A DNA stretch of 62,861 nt, counting the filler. It is 7 parts of 7 records of this genome, joined end to end, with 100 filler letters (N's around TTAATTAATTAA, not from the genome) between each part and the next. Parts side by side here need not be neighbours in the genome. Positions count along the whole stretch, not along the records: positions 41,389 to 50,804 come from SRR2962707_3860; positions 50,905 to 56,605 come from SRR2962707_3874; positions 56,706 to 62,861 come from SRR2962707_3891; 4 more parts are not named here. The stretch is one strand, 5' to 3'. The stretch's first letter is position 1, and every line of letters starts with the position of its first letter. The notes below the pieces were generated by a model that saw only the letters and a list, made by a program, of their open reading frames with translations, had not been told where the DNA came from and made no database searches. Shown in pieces: positions 49,236-56,767 of this stretch. The position numbers and the translations under genes were made by a program.

Positions 49236-49298
49236 GATGGAAAGTGTACCAGCGAAATCCGGAAAAACTCGCCGGATTCGGAACTGACCGTTGAACCT

Positions 49299-50069
49299 TT
49301 ACATCGCAAGCCCAAGCAGTAGGACCAGTTCCGCAAACACCACGCTGGCCCCGAGGGTATCGCCGGTATAGCCACCCAGTTGCCGGCGTAGATACCCGCC
49401 CCAGACAATGGCCGTACCCAGCGTAGCGATAACGAGCCACAGCAGTGCCCTGGTCTCAAACGGGATGAGGGCCAGAGAGACAATCGCGGTGAACACGGTG
49501 GCAATCGCCAGTCGTGAACGCGAGAAATCTTCGGCCACCGGCTTGCTCTTGCTCTTGTCCGGGTCGGTCACATACGGCAGGAAGCCCATGATCATCAGTG
49601 GCGCGAGACGCGACACCATCGGGGCCAGGATCAGCGCCAGCCACACCGGTTGAGCTTCAGCCAGCAGCGCAAGTTTCAGCACCAACGCGACCACCAGCGC
49701 CACCGTACCGTAGGTGCCGATGCGGCTGTCCTTCATGATCCGCAACCTGGCTTCCAGGGTATACCCGCCGCCCAACGCGTCGACACTGTCGGCCAATCCA
49801 TCCTCGTGGAACGCGCCGGTAATCCACAGGTGAAAACCCAGAATAAGAATTAGACTGACCAGCGGGCTCCAAAGCTGCACCACAGCCATGTACAGCCCCG
49901 CATAAATGACGCCGAGCACCAGCCCAACCAGAGGGAAATAGACACTGCACTGATTCATCAGGCGGGGGGAATAGTCGATACGCACCAGCATGGGAATGCG
50001 TGTCAGGAAACCGATGGCCAGCCAGAAGGCTTGCCATTCCCTGGAAACGAGAGGTTTCAGTTGGCTCAA
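49299..50069 (-). CDS. cobS: Adenosylcobinamide-GDP ribazoletransferase (cobalamin synthase)
   Basis: FLTRIP, TGAFHEDGLAD..D..GGG, IMKDSRIGTYG, GGYTGD.LGA. Confidence 0.96.
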   Translation of the reverse strand: MSQLKPLVSREWQAFWLAIGFLTRIPMLVRIDYSPRLMNQCSVYFPLVGLVLGVIYAGLYMAVVQLWSPLVSLILILGFHLWITGAFHEDGLADSVDALGGGYTLEARLRIMKDSRIGTYGTVALVVALVLKLALLAEAQPVWLALILAPMVSRLAPLMIMGFLPYVTDPDKSKSKPVAEDFSRSRLAIATVFTAIVSLALIPFETRALLWLVIATLGTAIVWGGYLRRQLGGYTGDTLGASVVFAELVLLLGLAM

Positions 50070-50212
50070 TGTGCTGTCCTGCCTTTGGAGATGGTGTGAG
50101 TCTGCGGCCAGTTTAGCATTATCGTTGCGTGAGCCTGTTCCACACCGGAAATTCGGCGTTGCCCGTGGCCCCTGATCGGCGAACAGGCTTGGTCTAAAAC
50201 CGACCTCGCAGC

Positions 50213-50479
50213 CTGGAGTTATACGAACCGGTTCGCAAAACTCCAGACAAGGGGCGGCAAATCGTTATAAGTATCTGATACTGTTGAAGCTGGTTTAGAG
50301 CATTGTGGAGTTATACGCCCTTATTCGTGGGTGCGTTAGAGACCAAGGAGGGCGTATAACTCCGGCGGTAGCCGTGGTGTTTCCTGTTTAGATGTTGATT
50401 CTAAAGAAATTTATTGGATTGGAAGGAGCGGCTGGAATTGGAGTTATACGAATGGGTGATATACGAACGGGTTCGTATA
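50213..50479. repeat. Cluster of GGAGTTATACG-based inverted repeats upstream of the attI-like site
   Basis: 34-bp imperfect palindrome 50213-50246, perfect 15-bp IR 50307-50321/50349-50363, single copy 50440-50452, and TATACGAAC-GG-GTTCGTATA at 50460-50479. Confidence 0.9.
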
Positions 50480-50494
50480 ATACGCTGTTATGTG
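50475..50494 (+). mobile_element. attI-like integron recombination site
   Basis: GTATAAT-ACGCT-GTTATGT: inverse-core-like heptamer, 5-bp spacer, GTT core. No attC hairpin precedes it. Confidence 0.65.
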
Positions 50495-50507
50495 TAAGGG
50501 CAGTGAA

Positions 50508-50747
50508 GTGTTTCATCAATTTGATGTTGTGCGAATTACAGCTATCTATGAACAATTCAGTGGTTCGAGTGTCTGGCTTGGATCAGAGGCGCCTACTGTT
50601 GGTGACGAGGCCACAATAATCGACGTGCATGAAAAGCCGTTACTTGCGTACGATTTGGAATCCGTCGCTTTGGATGGAAGTACCAAATGGGCGGCCACCT
50701 TCAAATCCGGAGATGCAGACCTTGAGCTGGTTAGCAAAATCACATAA
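50508..50747 (+). CDS. Integron cassette ORF, small hypothetical protein (DUF4926-like)
   Basis: GTG start FHQFDVVRI..GDEATIIDV..AYDLESV..DGST. Lower GC than the cob genes. The stop TAA lies inside the attC R'' box. Confidence 0.7.
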   Translation: MFHQFDVVRITAIYEQFSGSSVWLGSEAPTVGDEATIIDVHEKPLLAYDLESVALDGSTKWAATFKSGDADLELVSKIT

Positions 50748-50804
50748 CAAGGCCATTCAGTTTGTTCCGGGCCTAAGGCCCTCCACCGGACGCCCTTGTC
50801 AGGG
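50742..50804 (+). mobile_element. attC site (59-base element), truncated by contig end
   Basis: R'' ACATAAC, 5-bp spacer AAGGC, L''-like CATTCAGT, internal hairpins GGGCC-TAA-GGCCC, TCCGG/CCGGA and CCCT-TGTC-AGGG. CACATAAC is the exact reverse complement of GTTATGTG at 50487. Confidence 0.85.
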
Positions 50805-50904
50805 NNNNNNNNNNNNNNNNNNNNNNNNNNNNNNNNNNNNNNNNNNNNTTAATTAATTAANNNNNNNNNNNNNNNNNNNNNNNNNNNNNNNNNNNNNNNN
50901 NNNN
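50805..50904. other. Artificial contig spacer
   Basis: N44-TTAATTAATTAA-N44. Confidence 0.99.
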
Positions 50905-51537
50905 CATGCCGGGGGCACGCATGTTCAGGAAGGTGGTGATCATGTTGATCGCGCCGAGGATCGAGGAAGCACCCGAGACGTGTACGGCAAAGATGGCGAG
51001 GTCCATGGACATGCCGCCTTCGCGCACCGATAGGGGCGGATAAAGCACCCAGCCCACGCCGGAACCGGTCTGACCATTGCCGCCCGGTGCGAGCACCGAA
51101 CAGACCGCCAGCGTGGTGCCCGCAACATAAAGCCAGAACGATAGGTTGTTCAGACGCGGGAACGCCATGTCCGGCGCGCCAATTTGCAGGGGCATCAAAT
51201 AGTTGCCAAAGCCGCCAAACAGGGCGGGGATGACCACAAAGAACATCATCAGGATGCCGTGCCCGGTGATCAGCACGTTCCAGAGGTGTCCGTTGGGTGT
51301 ACAGTCGGCGACGGCGGCCGGCCACAGGCGCGCGCCTTCCATACACATGTACTGAACACCGGGGTTCATCAGTTCCATGCGCATGTACACGGTGAAGGTG
51401 ACCGAGATGAATCCGGCTAAGCCTGCGACGATCAGGTAGAGAATCCCGATGTCCTTGTGGTTGGTCGACATGAACCAACGGGTAAAGAAACCGCGCTGAT
51501 CCTCGTGTTCGTGGCCGTGAATGGCGGCGTCTGCCAT
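50905..51537 (-). CDS. ctaD: Cytochrome c oxidase aa3 subunit I, 3'-truncated (Rhodobacteraceae type)
   Basis: [63 protein letters not shown]. Confidence 0.98.
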
Positions 51538-51647
51538 GTGTGCCTCCTCGTGGGTGATAATGTGAGGGCGCAGACGTTTAGCCGTATCCGCCCCGGCGTT
51601 CCTGACCCGTTTTAGGCAATGCGCGCGCCCCGGGCAATGACCGCTTT

Positions 51648-51674
51648 TGCCGCAGTGACGATATTATTGTCGCA
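51648..51674. promoter_or_regulatory. Possible RegA/PrrA-type binding site upstream of ctaD
   Basis: TGCCGCA and GTGAC-N9-GTCGCA resemble the degenerate GCGNC..GNCGC consensus. The position fits known redox control of cox genes. Confidence 0.4.
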
Positions 51675-51714
51675 GGCCTTGTGTCTGGGTCGATTGCACC
51701 ACAGTTCGCGCAAC

Positions 51715-51748
51715 GAAAAAAGGGCCAGTTGCTGCGCAACAGCCCTTC
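51715..51748 (-). terminator. Rho-independent terminator (minus strand)
   Basis: AAGGGC..GTTGC-TGC-GCAAC.GCCCTT hairpin with a 6-A run on the plus strand (U run on minus). Confidence 0.65.
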
Positions 51749-51947
51749 ATCTGCTGTTCAGGCAGGTAAACAAGGGGAATCAGTGCGAATTCTACAGTAT
51801 GGAGGGCGTATGGAACGCGTATGGTTTTCATATGGCTGACATCTGGCGGTTTGCGTGGTTAATCCAGCGTACGCCGGGTTTTGTGACCAAACACTTAAAC
51901 CAGACCGCAAAGGCGACAGCCTGGGACGGTTTGAGGGGGCTTTCGCG

Positions 51948-52616
51948 TCAGAGGGCGGTGACGGGGGTTTCGCTAAAAACCACATCAAAAGTGCGGCGCA
52001 GGGCGACGTCCACATCTGCCATCGTCACAGGCAGGCCCAGATCCACAAGGCTGGTCACGCCGTGTTCGGTGATACCGCAGGGCACGATTCCGGTGAAATG
52101 GTCAAGGTCCGGTTCGACGTTGATGGACAGACCATGAAAGCTGACCCATTTGCGCAGGCGGATGCCGATGGCGGCAATCTTGTCTTCGGCCACGGTGCCC
52201 GAAGCGGTCAAAGGCCTGTCATTACGTTCGATCCAGACGCCGACGCGGCCCGGCCGGATGTGGCCGGTCAGGTTGAATTCGGCCAGCGCGGCAATCACCC
52301 AAGTTTCAAGGTCCTGAACAAAGCGCCGCACGTCCCGGCCACGTCGGCCCACGTCGAGCATGACATAGGCGACCCGCTGTCCGGGGCCGTGATAGGTATA
52401 TTGCCCGCCGCGCTGGGAGGCGTGAACCGGAAAGCGGTCAGGATCAACCAGGTCGGCGGGTTTGGCCGAGGTTCCGGCGGTGTAAAGCGGTGGATGTTCG
52501 ACCAGCCAGATACATTCATCAGCTGTCCCGGCGGCAATGGCGGCGGCGCGGGTTTCCATAAACGCGACGGCCTCGGCGTAGCCGGTCAATCCTTCGCTTT
52601 GCTTCCATTCGACCAT
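51948..52616 (-). CDS. lipB: Octanoyltransferase LipB
   Basis: [38 protein letters not shown]. Confidence 0.97.
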   Translation of the reverse strand: MVEWKQSEGLTGYAEAVAFMETRAAAIAAGTADECIWLVEHPPLYTAGTSAKPADLVDPDRFPVHASQRGGQYTYHGPGQRVAYVMLDVGRRGRDVRRFVQDLETWVIAALAEFNLTGHIRPGRVGVWIERNDRPLTASGTVAEDKIAAIGIRLRKWVSFHGLSINVEPDLDHFTGIVPCGITEHGVTSLVDLGLPVTMADVDVALRRTFDVVFSETPVTAL

Positions 52617-52743
52617 CTTGTGTGCCCCGAATACGTATTGCAGGTTTCAACTATCGATTGCTGCGTTGCAATGGAACCCCGGTCGTCTGGCCCACGTTGG
52701 TCACATAAGACAATTGAAAGCCCTTGGATGGTGAGTTTGCAAA

Positions 52744-53700
52744 ATGGCCATAGCGCCCGTCGAACCGAGACTGAAGGCACAGCCTACTTTGAACAATGAA
52801 CGGGTCTGCGTTCTGATGAACACGCACGCCGGCAACGATGACAAGCAGGATGTCGCCCGGCAGTTGGAAGCAGCCTTTGAACGCTATCCCGGTCGGTTCG
52901 AGCTGCGCCAGATGGAACGGGGCACCGGAGTCGCCGATTCCTGTGCCCGAGCAATGAAGGACGGCTTCGGCATTATCGTTGCAGCGGGGGGGGATGGCAC
53001 CATTTCCGGCATCGCGGGCCAGTTGGCGGGCACGGGGCGGCGCATGGGGATTGTGCCACAGGGCACCTTTAACTTTGTCGCGCGGGGTCTGGGCATCCCT
53101 GAGGATATAGGCGAGGCTGTCGATCTGATTGCCACCGGCACATCACGCCCCTTTCCTGTGGGTGAAGTAAACGGCGAAATCTTTCTAAACAACGCGAGCC
53201 TTGGCATTTATCCGCAAATCCTGAAGGAACGTGAAGGCACCTATAAACGCTGGGGGCGGTCGCGTATTGCGGCGCACCTGTCGGTGCTGATGACGTTTCT
53301 TTCGTTCAGAACACCGGTGCGCATGAGGGTGCGTGTGGCGGGCCAGGAAATTCGCGCCAAGACGCCGCTGGCCTTTGTGGCGCGCAGTGCGTTTCAATTA
53401 GAGCATTTCGGGTTGGACGGGGCAGACTGCATCCGCAAGGGCGAATTCGCTCTGTTCCTGTTGCCCGATGTCACGCGCTGGCAGTTGGTGCTGCGTGCGC
53501 TACGGCTGGCCCGCAAGGGGATGCAGACAAAGCGCGATTTCGAACTGATCTGCGGCAACGATATCGAGATTGATACGAAATCGCCCAGCCAACTTGTCGC
53601 TATGGATGGGGAAAGGGTGCGCCTTTCCGCGCCATTCCGGTTTCGGATGCATTCCGACGCGATTCACATCATCGCCCCGGGTGATGAGACCAGAGTATGA
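52744..53700 (+). CDS. Diacylglycerol/lipid kinase family protein (YegS/DAGKc)
   Basis: AAGGDGTI, GIVPQGTFNFVARGLGIP, FLNNASLG, DGE. The start could be at 52816 instead. Confidence 0.92.
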   Translation: MAIAPVEPRLKAQPTLNNERVCVLMNTHAGNDDKQDVARQLEAAFERYPGRFELRQMERGTGVADSCARAMKDGFGIIVAAGGDGTISGIAGQLAGTGRRMGIVPQGTFNFVARGLGIPEDIGEAVDLIATGTSRPFPVGEVNGEIFLNNASLGIYPQILKEREGTYKRWGRSRIAAHLSVLMTFLSFRTPVRMRVRVAGQEIRAKTPLAFVARSAFQLEHFGLDGADCIRKGEFALFLLPDVTRWQLVLRALRLARKGMQTKRDFELICGNDIEIDTKSPSQLVAMDGERVRLSAPFRFRMHSDAIHIIAPGDETRV

Positions 53701-54494
53701 CCCGTATTATCCACCTGTCTGACATTCATTTCGGCCGCGACAGGCCGGAACTGCTCGAACCGCTGGTTGCACATGTAAACGGGCTGAACCCCGATCTGGT
53801 GCTGATTTCCGGCGATTTGACGCAGCGTGCCCGAAATCATCAGTTTGCCGCCGCGCGTGCGTTCATGGATCGGCTGAATGCGCAGGTTCTGGCCGTGCCG
53901 GGAAACCACGACACGCCGCTTGATAATCTGTACATACGGTTGATACGGCCATGGGTGCGGTTCCGGCGGCACATTGCGCGCGATCTGGAACCCTGCGTTC
54001 GGGGCGATGACTATGTCGTGGTCAGCCTGAACACTACCGATCCGATGGCCTGGCAGCGCGGCAGGATGCGCCGGTCCAGCCTGCGGCGCGCCTGCACGTT
54101 TTTGCAGGCAGAGCCGGACCAGAACCGGTTTGGTATCGTGATGATGCACCACCCGCCAGAGCATGACACAGACGTGGGCAAGCGTTTGATGCGCGGTGCC
54201 CACCGTGGATTGAAACAGTTGCGCGACTGCGGGGCAGATATCGTGTTGTGCGGGCACCTGCATTCGTGGCGTGTGGCCCCGTTCCGTGCGGCGCGGTCGC
54301 TGTTGCTGGTGCAGGCGGGCACCGGCCTTTCGACGCGGATGCGAGGAGAGCCGAACGATCTGAACCTGTTGATCCTAGAGGATGGTGCGGTGGTGGTCGA
54401 ACATCACGTATCCGAGGGCGAGGATCTGACGTTTCGCTGCGAATCGCGCAGCGTATTCCGCAAGCGTGACGGTGTCTGGAATCCGCTGCCCTGA
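53697..54494 (+). CDS. Calcineurin-like metallophosphoesterase (CpdA-like)
   Basis: DIHFG, GDLTQRA, GNHD, HH, GHLH. ATGA overlap with the kinase gene. Confidence 0.93.
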   Translation: MTRIIHLSDIHFGRDRPELLEPLVAHVNGLNPDLVLISGDLTQRARNHQFAAARAFMDRLNAQVLAVPGNHDTPLDNLYIRLIRPWVRFRRHIARDLEPCVRGDDYVVVSLNTTDPMAWQRGRMRRSSLRRACTFLQAEPDQNRFGIVMMHHPPEHDTDVGKRLMRGAHRGLKQLRDCGADIVLCGHLHSWRVAPFRAARSLLLVQAGTGLSTRMRGEPNDLNLLILEDGAVVVEHHVSEGEDLTFRCESRSVFRKRDGVWNPLP

Positions 54495-54568
54495 CCATGT
54501 GAATTGGTCCGGTCCGCGATTTGGGCGGGGCTGTGAGGCTGAGAAATGAAACTGCAATTATCCGTAAT

Positions 54569-54651
54569 ATATTAATAGGCTTCGTTATTAATATGTAATT
54601 AGCCACGTGAGGCCATAAAAGTTGACAGGAGATTGAAATCCGGCCGACAAT
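54569..54651 (+). promoter_or_regulatory. AT-rich operator-like inverted repeat and sigma70-like promoter
   Basis: ATATTAATA-N8-TATTAATAT at 54569-54594, then TTGACA(54622)-N18-GACAAT. Confidence 0.5.
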
Positions 54652-54738
54652 TGGGCGTCGGGGTGTATCAGGCTGAGGGTGCAATCTTTCGTGTCTGGCT
54701 AAATCGCCGCAATTTTAACGTTTGCGCGGGTAAAATTC

Positions 54739-56403
54739 ATGAAGTTTTTTAGTAAGGTCAATATTCTGTTGGCAGCAGCAGTCGCGTTTTCCCCTGTTCC
54801 GGCGGTCGCGAATGATGCGCTATTGGGCGGGTTGGTTGGTGGTATCATCGGCGGAGCGATTGCAAATTCAACGCCTCGCCAGAAAAAGGTCTATCGTAAG
54901 CAAACGCGTAGCACGCCGGTCAATACGGCGGCGCGGCAGGCCAATCGCGAAACGCAGAGTGCGCTGAATTATTTCGGGTTCAATTCCGGGACGCCGGACG
55001 GGGTAATGGGATCGCGGTCGCGGTCGGCGATATCGTCGTTTCAGGGACATCTGGGATATGTTCCCACCGGTCAATTGACCCAATACGAACGGGATTTCCT
55101 GATTGCGTCCTATTACAGGGCGCAATCAGGTGGGCCGACAACGGCGCAGTTGATCGCGTCGAACCCGCAGGGCGTGCGCGGATTGCTGATCGTTTATCGC
55201 GATGAACAGATGAACGGATCCGGTGGCGGTGCCACAACTTCGATCGCGGGGCACTACGGTTTGCCCAGGGATGTTGCCGCTGCCGTGAACGAGATCGCCA
55301 AAAGTTCGGACCCATCGGCCGAACAGCTTGTGCAGCGGTCTGGGTTCATTCAGTTGGCGGATATCAACGGCGACGGCCAAACGGACTATGTCCTTGATAC
55401 CTCGGTCACTGGCAGCGCCTTCTGGTGCAATGCCCAAAGTTGTGCGGTGCGAGTTTTCGCCTCGACCCCCGAAGGGTATGAGCGCAACGATTTCCAGGCA
55501 TTCAACGTCACACCTGCGATGTTTTCCTGCACCCGAGGCACCTGTTCCAAAACCGGCGCGCCGGTGACACAACTGGCCGCCGCGCCCGCACCGGCACCAC
55601 AGCCGCAGACGCAGATGGTTTCGACCCCTGTGGCGACGGCACAGCCGGTGGTGCGCGCGGTGCCCAGCTTTGCTATGGCGACCCCGGCGCTGCCGAATTT
55701 CTTTGGCGGAACGGATGCTGCGGCCCCGTCGCTGGCGTCATACTGCAACAAGGTCAGCCTGCTGACCTCGACCAATGGCGGCTATACCACTGCGGCCACG
55801 CTGAGCGATCCGACAATGGCACTGGGCGAACAGATGTGTCTGGCGCGGACCTATGCCATCACGCTGGGCGAAGAGATGATGACCAAGGTTGCCGGTGCCA
55901 CGCCGGTCGAGATCACAGCGCAGTGTAAGGGATTCGGCCCGGCGCTGGCTGAGTATGTGGCGGCCGTGTCGCTGCAACCGCGGGCCGAAGTGTTGCGCAG
56001 TGTGTCGGGCTTTGTGCTGGCATCGGGTATGTCGCCCGCCCAGCTTGATGCGACGGCGCGCATCTGCCTGTCCACCGGGTACAAATCTGACGACATGACC
56101 GTGGCCATGGGGTCGGCCCTGCTGCTGGTGTCATTGGGGCAGGCGCCCTATGCCGAATTGATTGGCCACCATCTGAGCCAAGGTTATGGCGCCACTCACC
56201 GCGACGATCTGGCGGTGTTGTGGTATGACGATGCGCTGCAGGCCGCACAGAGCGGCACCAAGCAGGTCTTTGCCCCAGGTCAGCCAGAGCGGCTTGACCT
56301 GATCCAGAAGGCATCGATGATGCTGAGCGGTACAGGTGCGGCCCCGTTTGCGACAGCTGTTCCGGCCTCGGCCACGCTGCCGGCGTTTTCTGTCACCGAA
56401 TAG
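54739..56403 (+). CDS. Secreted peptidoglycan-binding domain protein
   Basis: Signal peptide, Gly-zipper GGLVGGIIGGAI, PG_binding_1 Q.ALNYFGF..G.PDGVMG.RSR.AI..FQ..G..PTG.L, DINGDGQTD loop, Cys-containing C-terminal domain. Confidence 0.85.
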   Translation: MKFFSKVNILLAAAVAFSPVPAVANDALLGGLVGGIIGGAIANSTPRQKKVYRKQTRSTPVNTAARQANRETQSALNYFGFNSGTPDGVMGSRSRSAISSFQGHLGYVPTGQLTQYERDFLIASYYRAQSGGPTTAQLIASNPQGVRGLLIVYRDEQMNGSGGGATTSIAGHYGLPRDVAAAVNEIAKSSDPSAEQLVQRSGFIQLADINGDGQTDYVLDTSVTGSAFWCNAQSCAVRVFASTPEGYERNDFQAFNVTPAMFSCTRGTCSKTGAPVTQLAAAPAPAPQPQTQMVSTPVATAQPVVRAVPSFAMATPALPNFFGGTDAAAPSLASYCNKVSLLTSTNGGYTTAATLSDPTMALGEQMCLARTYAITLGEEMMTKVAGATPVEITAQCKGFGPALAEYVAAVSLQPRAEVLRSVSGFVLASGMSPAQLDATARICLSTGYKSDDMTVAMGSALLLVSLGQAPYAELIGHHLSQGYGATHRDDLAVLWYDDALQAAQSGTKQVFAPGQPERLDLIQKASMMLSGTGAAPFATAVPASATLPAFSVTE

Positions 56404-56427
56404 GTGCGGGCAGTTTCTGGCAGTGGG

Positions 56428-56456
56428 AAAAGGGCCGGATTGTCCGGTCCTTTTTC
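56428..56456 (+). terminator. Rho-independent (possibly bidirectional) terminator
   Basis: AAAAGGGCCGGA-TTG-TCCGGTCCTTTTT. Confidence 0.85.
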
Positions 56457-56580
56457 GTTTCGGGCGCGGGTGGATCGGCGCCGATTTCAGCCTTACGACG
56501 ATGTAGCTGAAAATGGGACATTTTCCTCTTCACAAGGCTTCGGTGCTCGTCTATACGGCCCCTCACCAAGTCAAGACTGT

Positions 56581-56605
56581 GCGGTCGTGGCGGAATTGGT
56601 AGACG
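56581..56605 (+). tRNA. 5' fragment of a bacterial tRNA-Leu, cut by contig end (anticodon not visible)
   Basis: GCGGTCG-TG-GCGGAATTGGTAGACG gives the acceptor 5' strand and the D-arm typical of tRNA-Leu. Confidence 0.8.
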
Positions 56606-56705
56606 NNNNNNNNNNNNNNNNNNNNNNNNNNNNNNNNNNNNNNNNNNNNTTAATTAATTAANNNNNNNNNNNNNNNNNNNNNNNNNNNNNNNNNNNNNNN
56701 NNNNN
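56606..56705. other. Artificial contig spacer
   Basis: N44-TTAATTAATTAA-N44, followed by poly-T/poly-C. Confidence 0.99.
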
Positions 56706-56767
56706 TTTTTTTCCCCCCCCCCCCCCCCCCCCGCCTGCTCTGGTCCTTGGCTGGTCTCCGGGGGCAG

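Noticed and set aside
50213-50479. CRISPR array
   Set aside because: Repeats are short, inverted and irregularly spaced, with no constant repeat-spacer period and no cas genes.
50460-50479. LexA (CGAAC-N4-GTTCG) SOS box
   Set aside because: The spacer is 2 nt rather than 4, and that box type is Gram-positive. No CTGT-N8-ACAG was found either.
43181-52799. Long antisense ORFs (for example 43543-44502, 44031-44849, 51855-52799)
   Set aside because: They are shadows of GC-rich genes on the opposite strand and have no recognisable motifs.
54569-54594. CtrA site (TTAA-N7-TTAA)
   Set aside because: The TTAA half-sites are 12 nt apart, not 7.
8259-56705. Regularly recurring TTAATTAATTAA motif and ORFs ending in ..XXXLIN
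   Set aside because: Artificial six-frame-stop spacer. Gene adjacency across spacers has no biological meaning.
41289-56705. Large bacterial HGT island in the eukaryote
   Set aside because: Both ends are spacers, the two contigs come from different bacterial classes, and operon structure is intact. Contamination is simpler.
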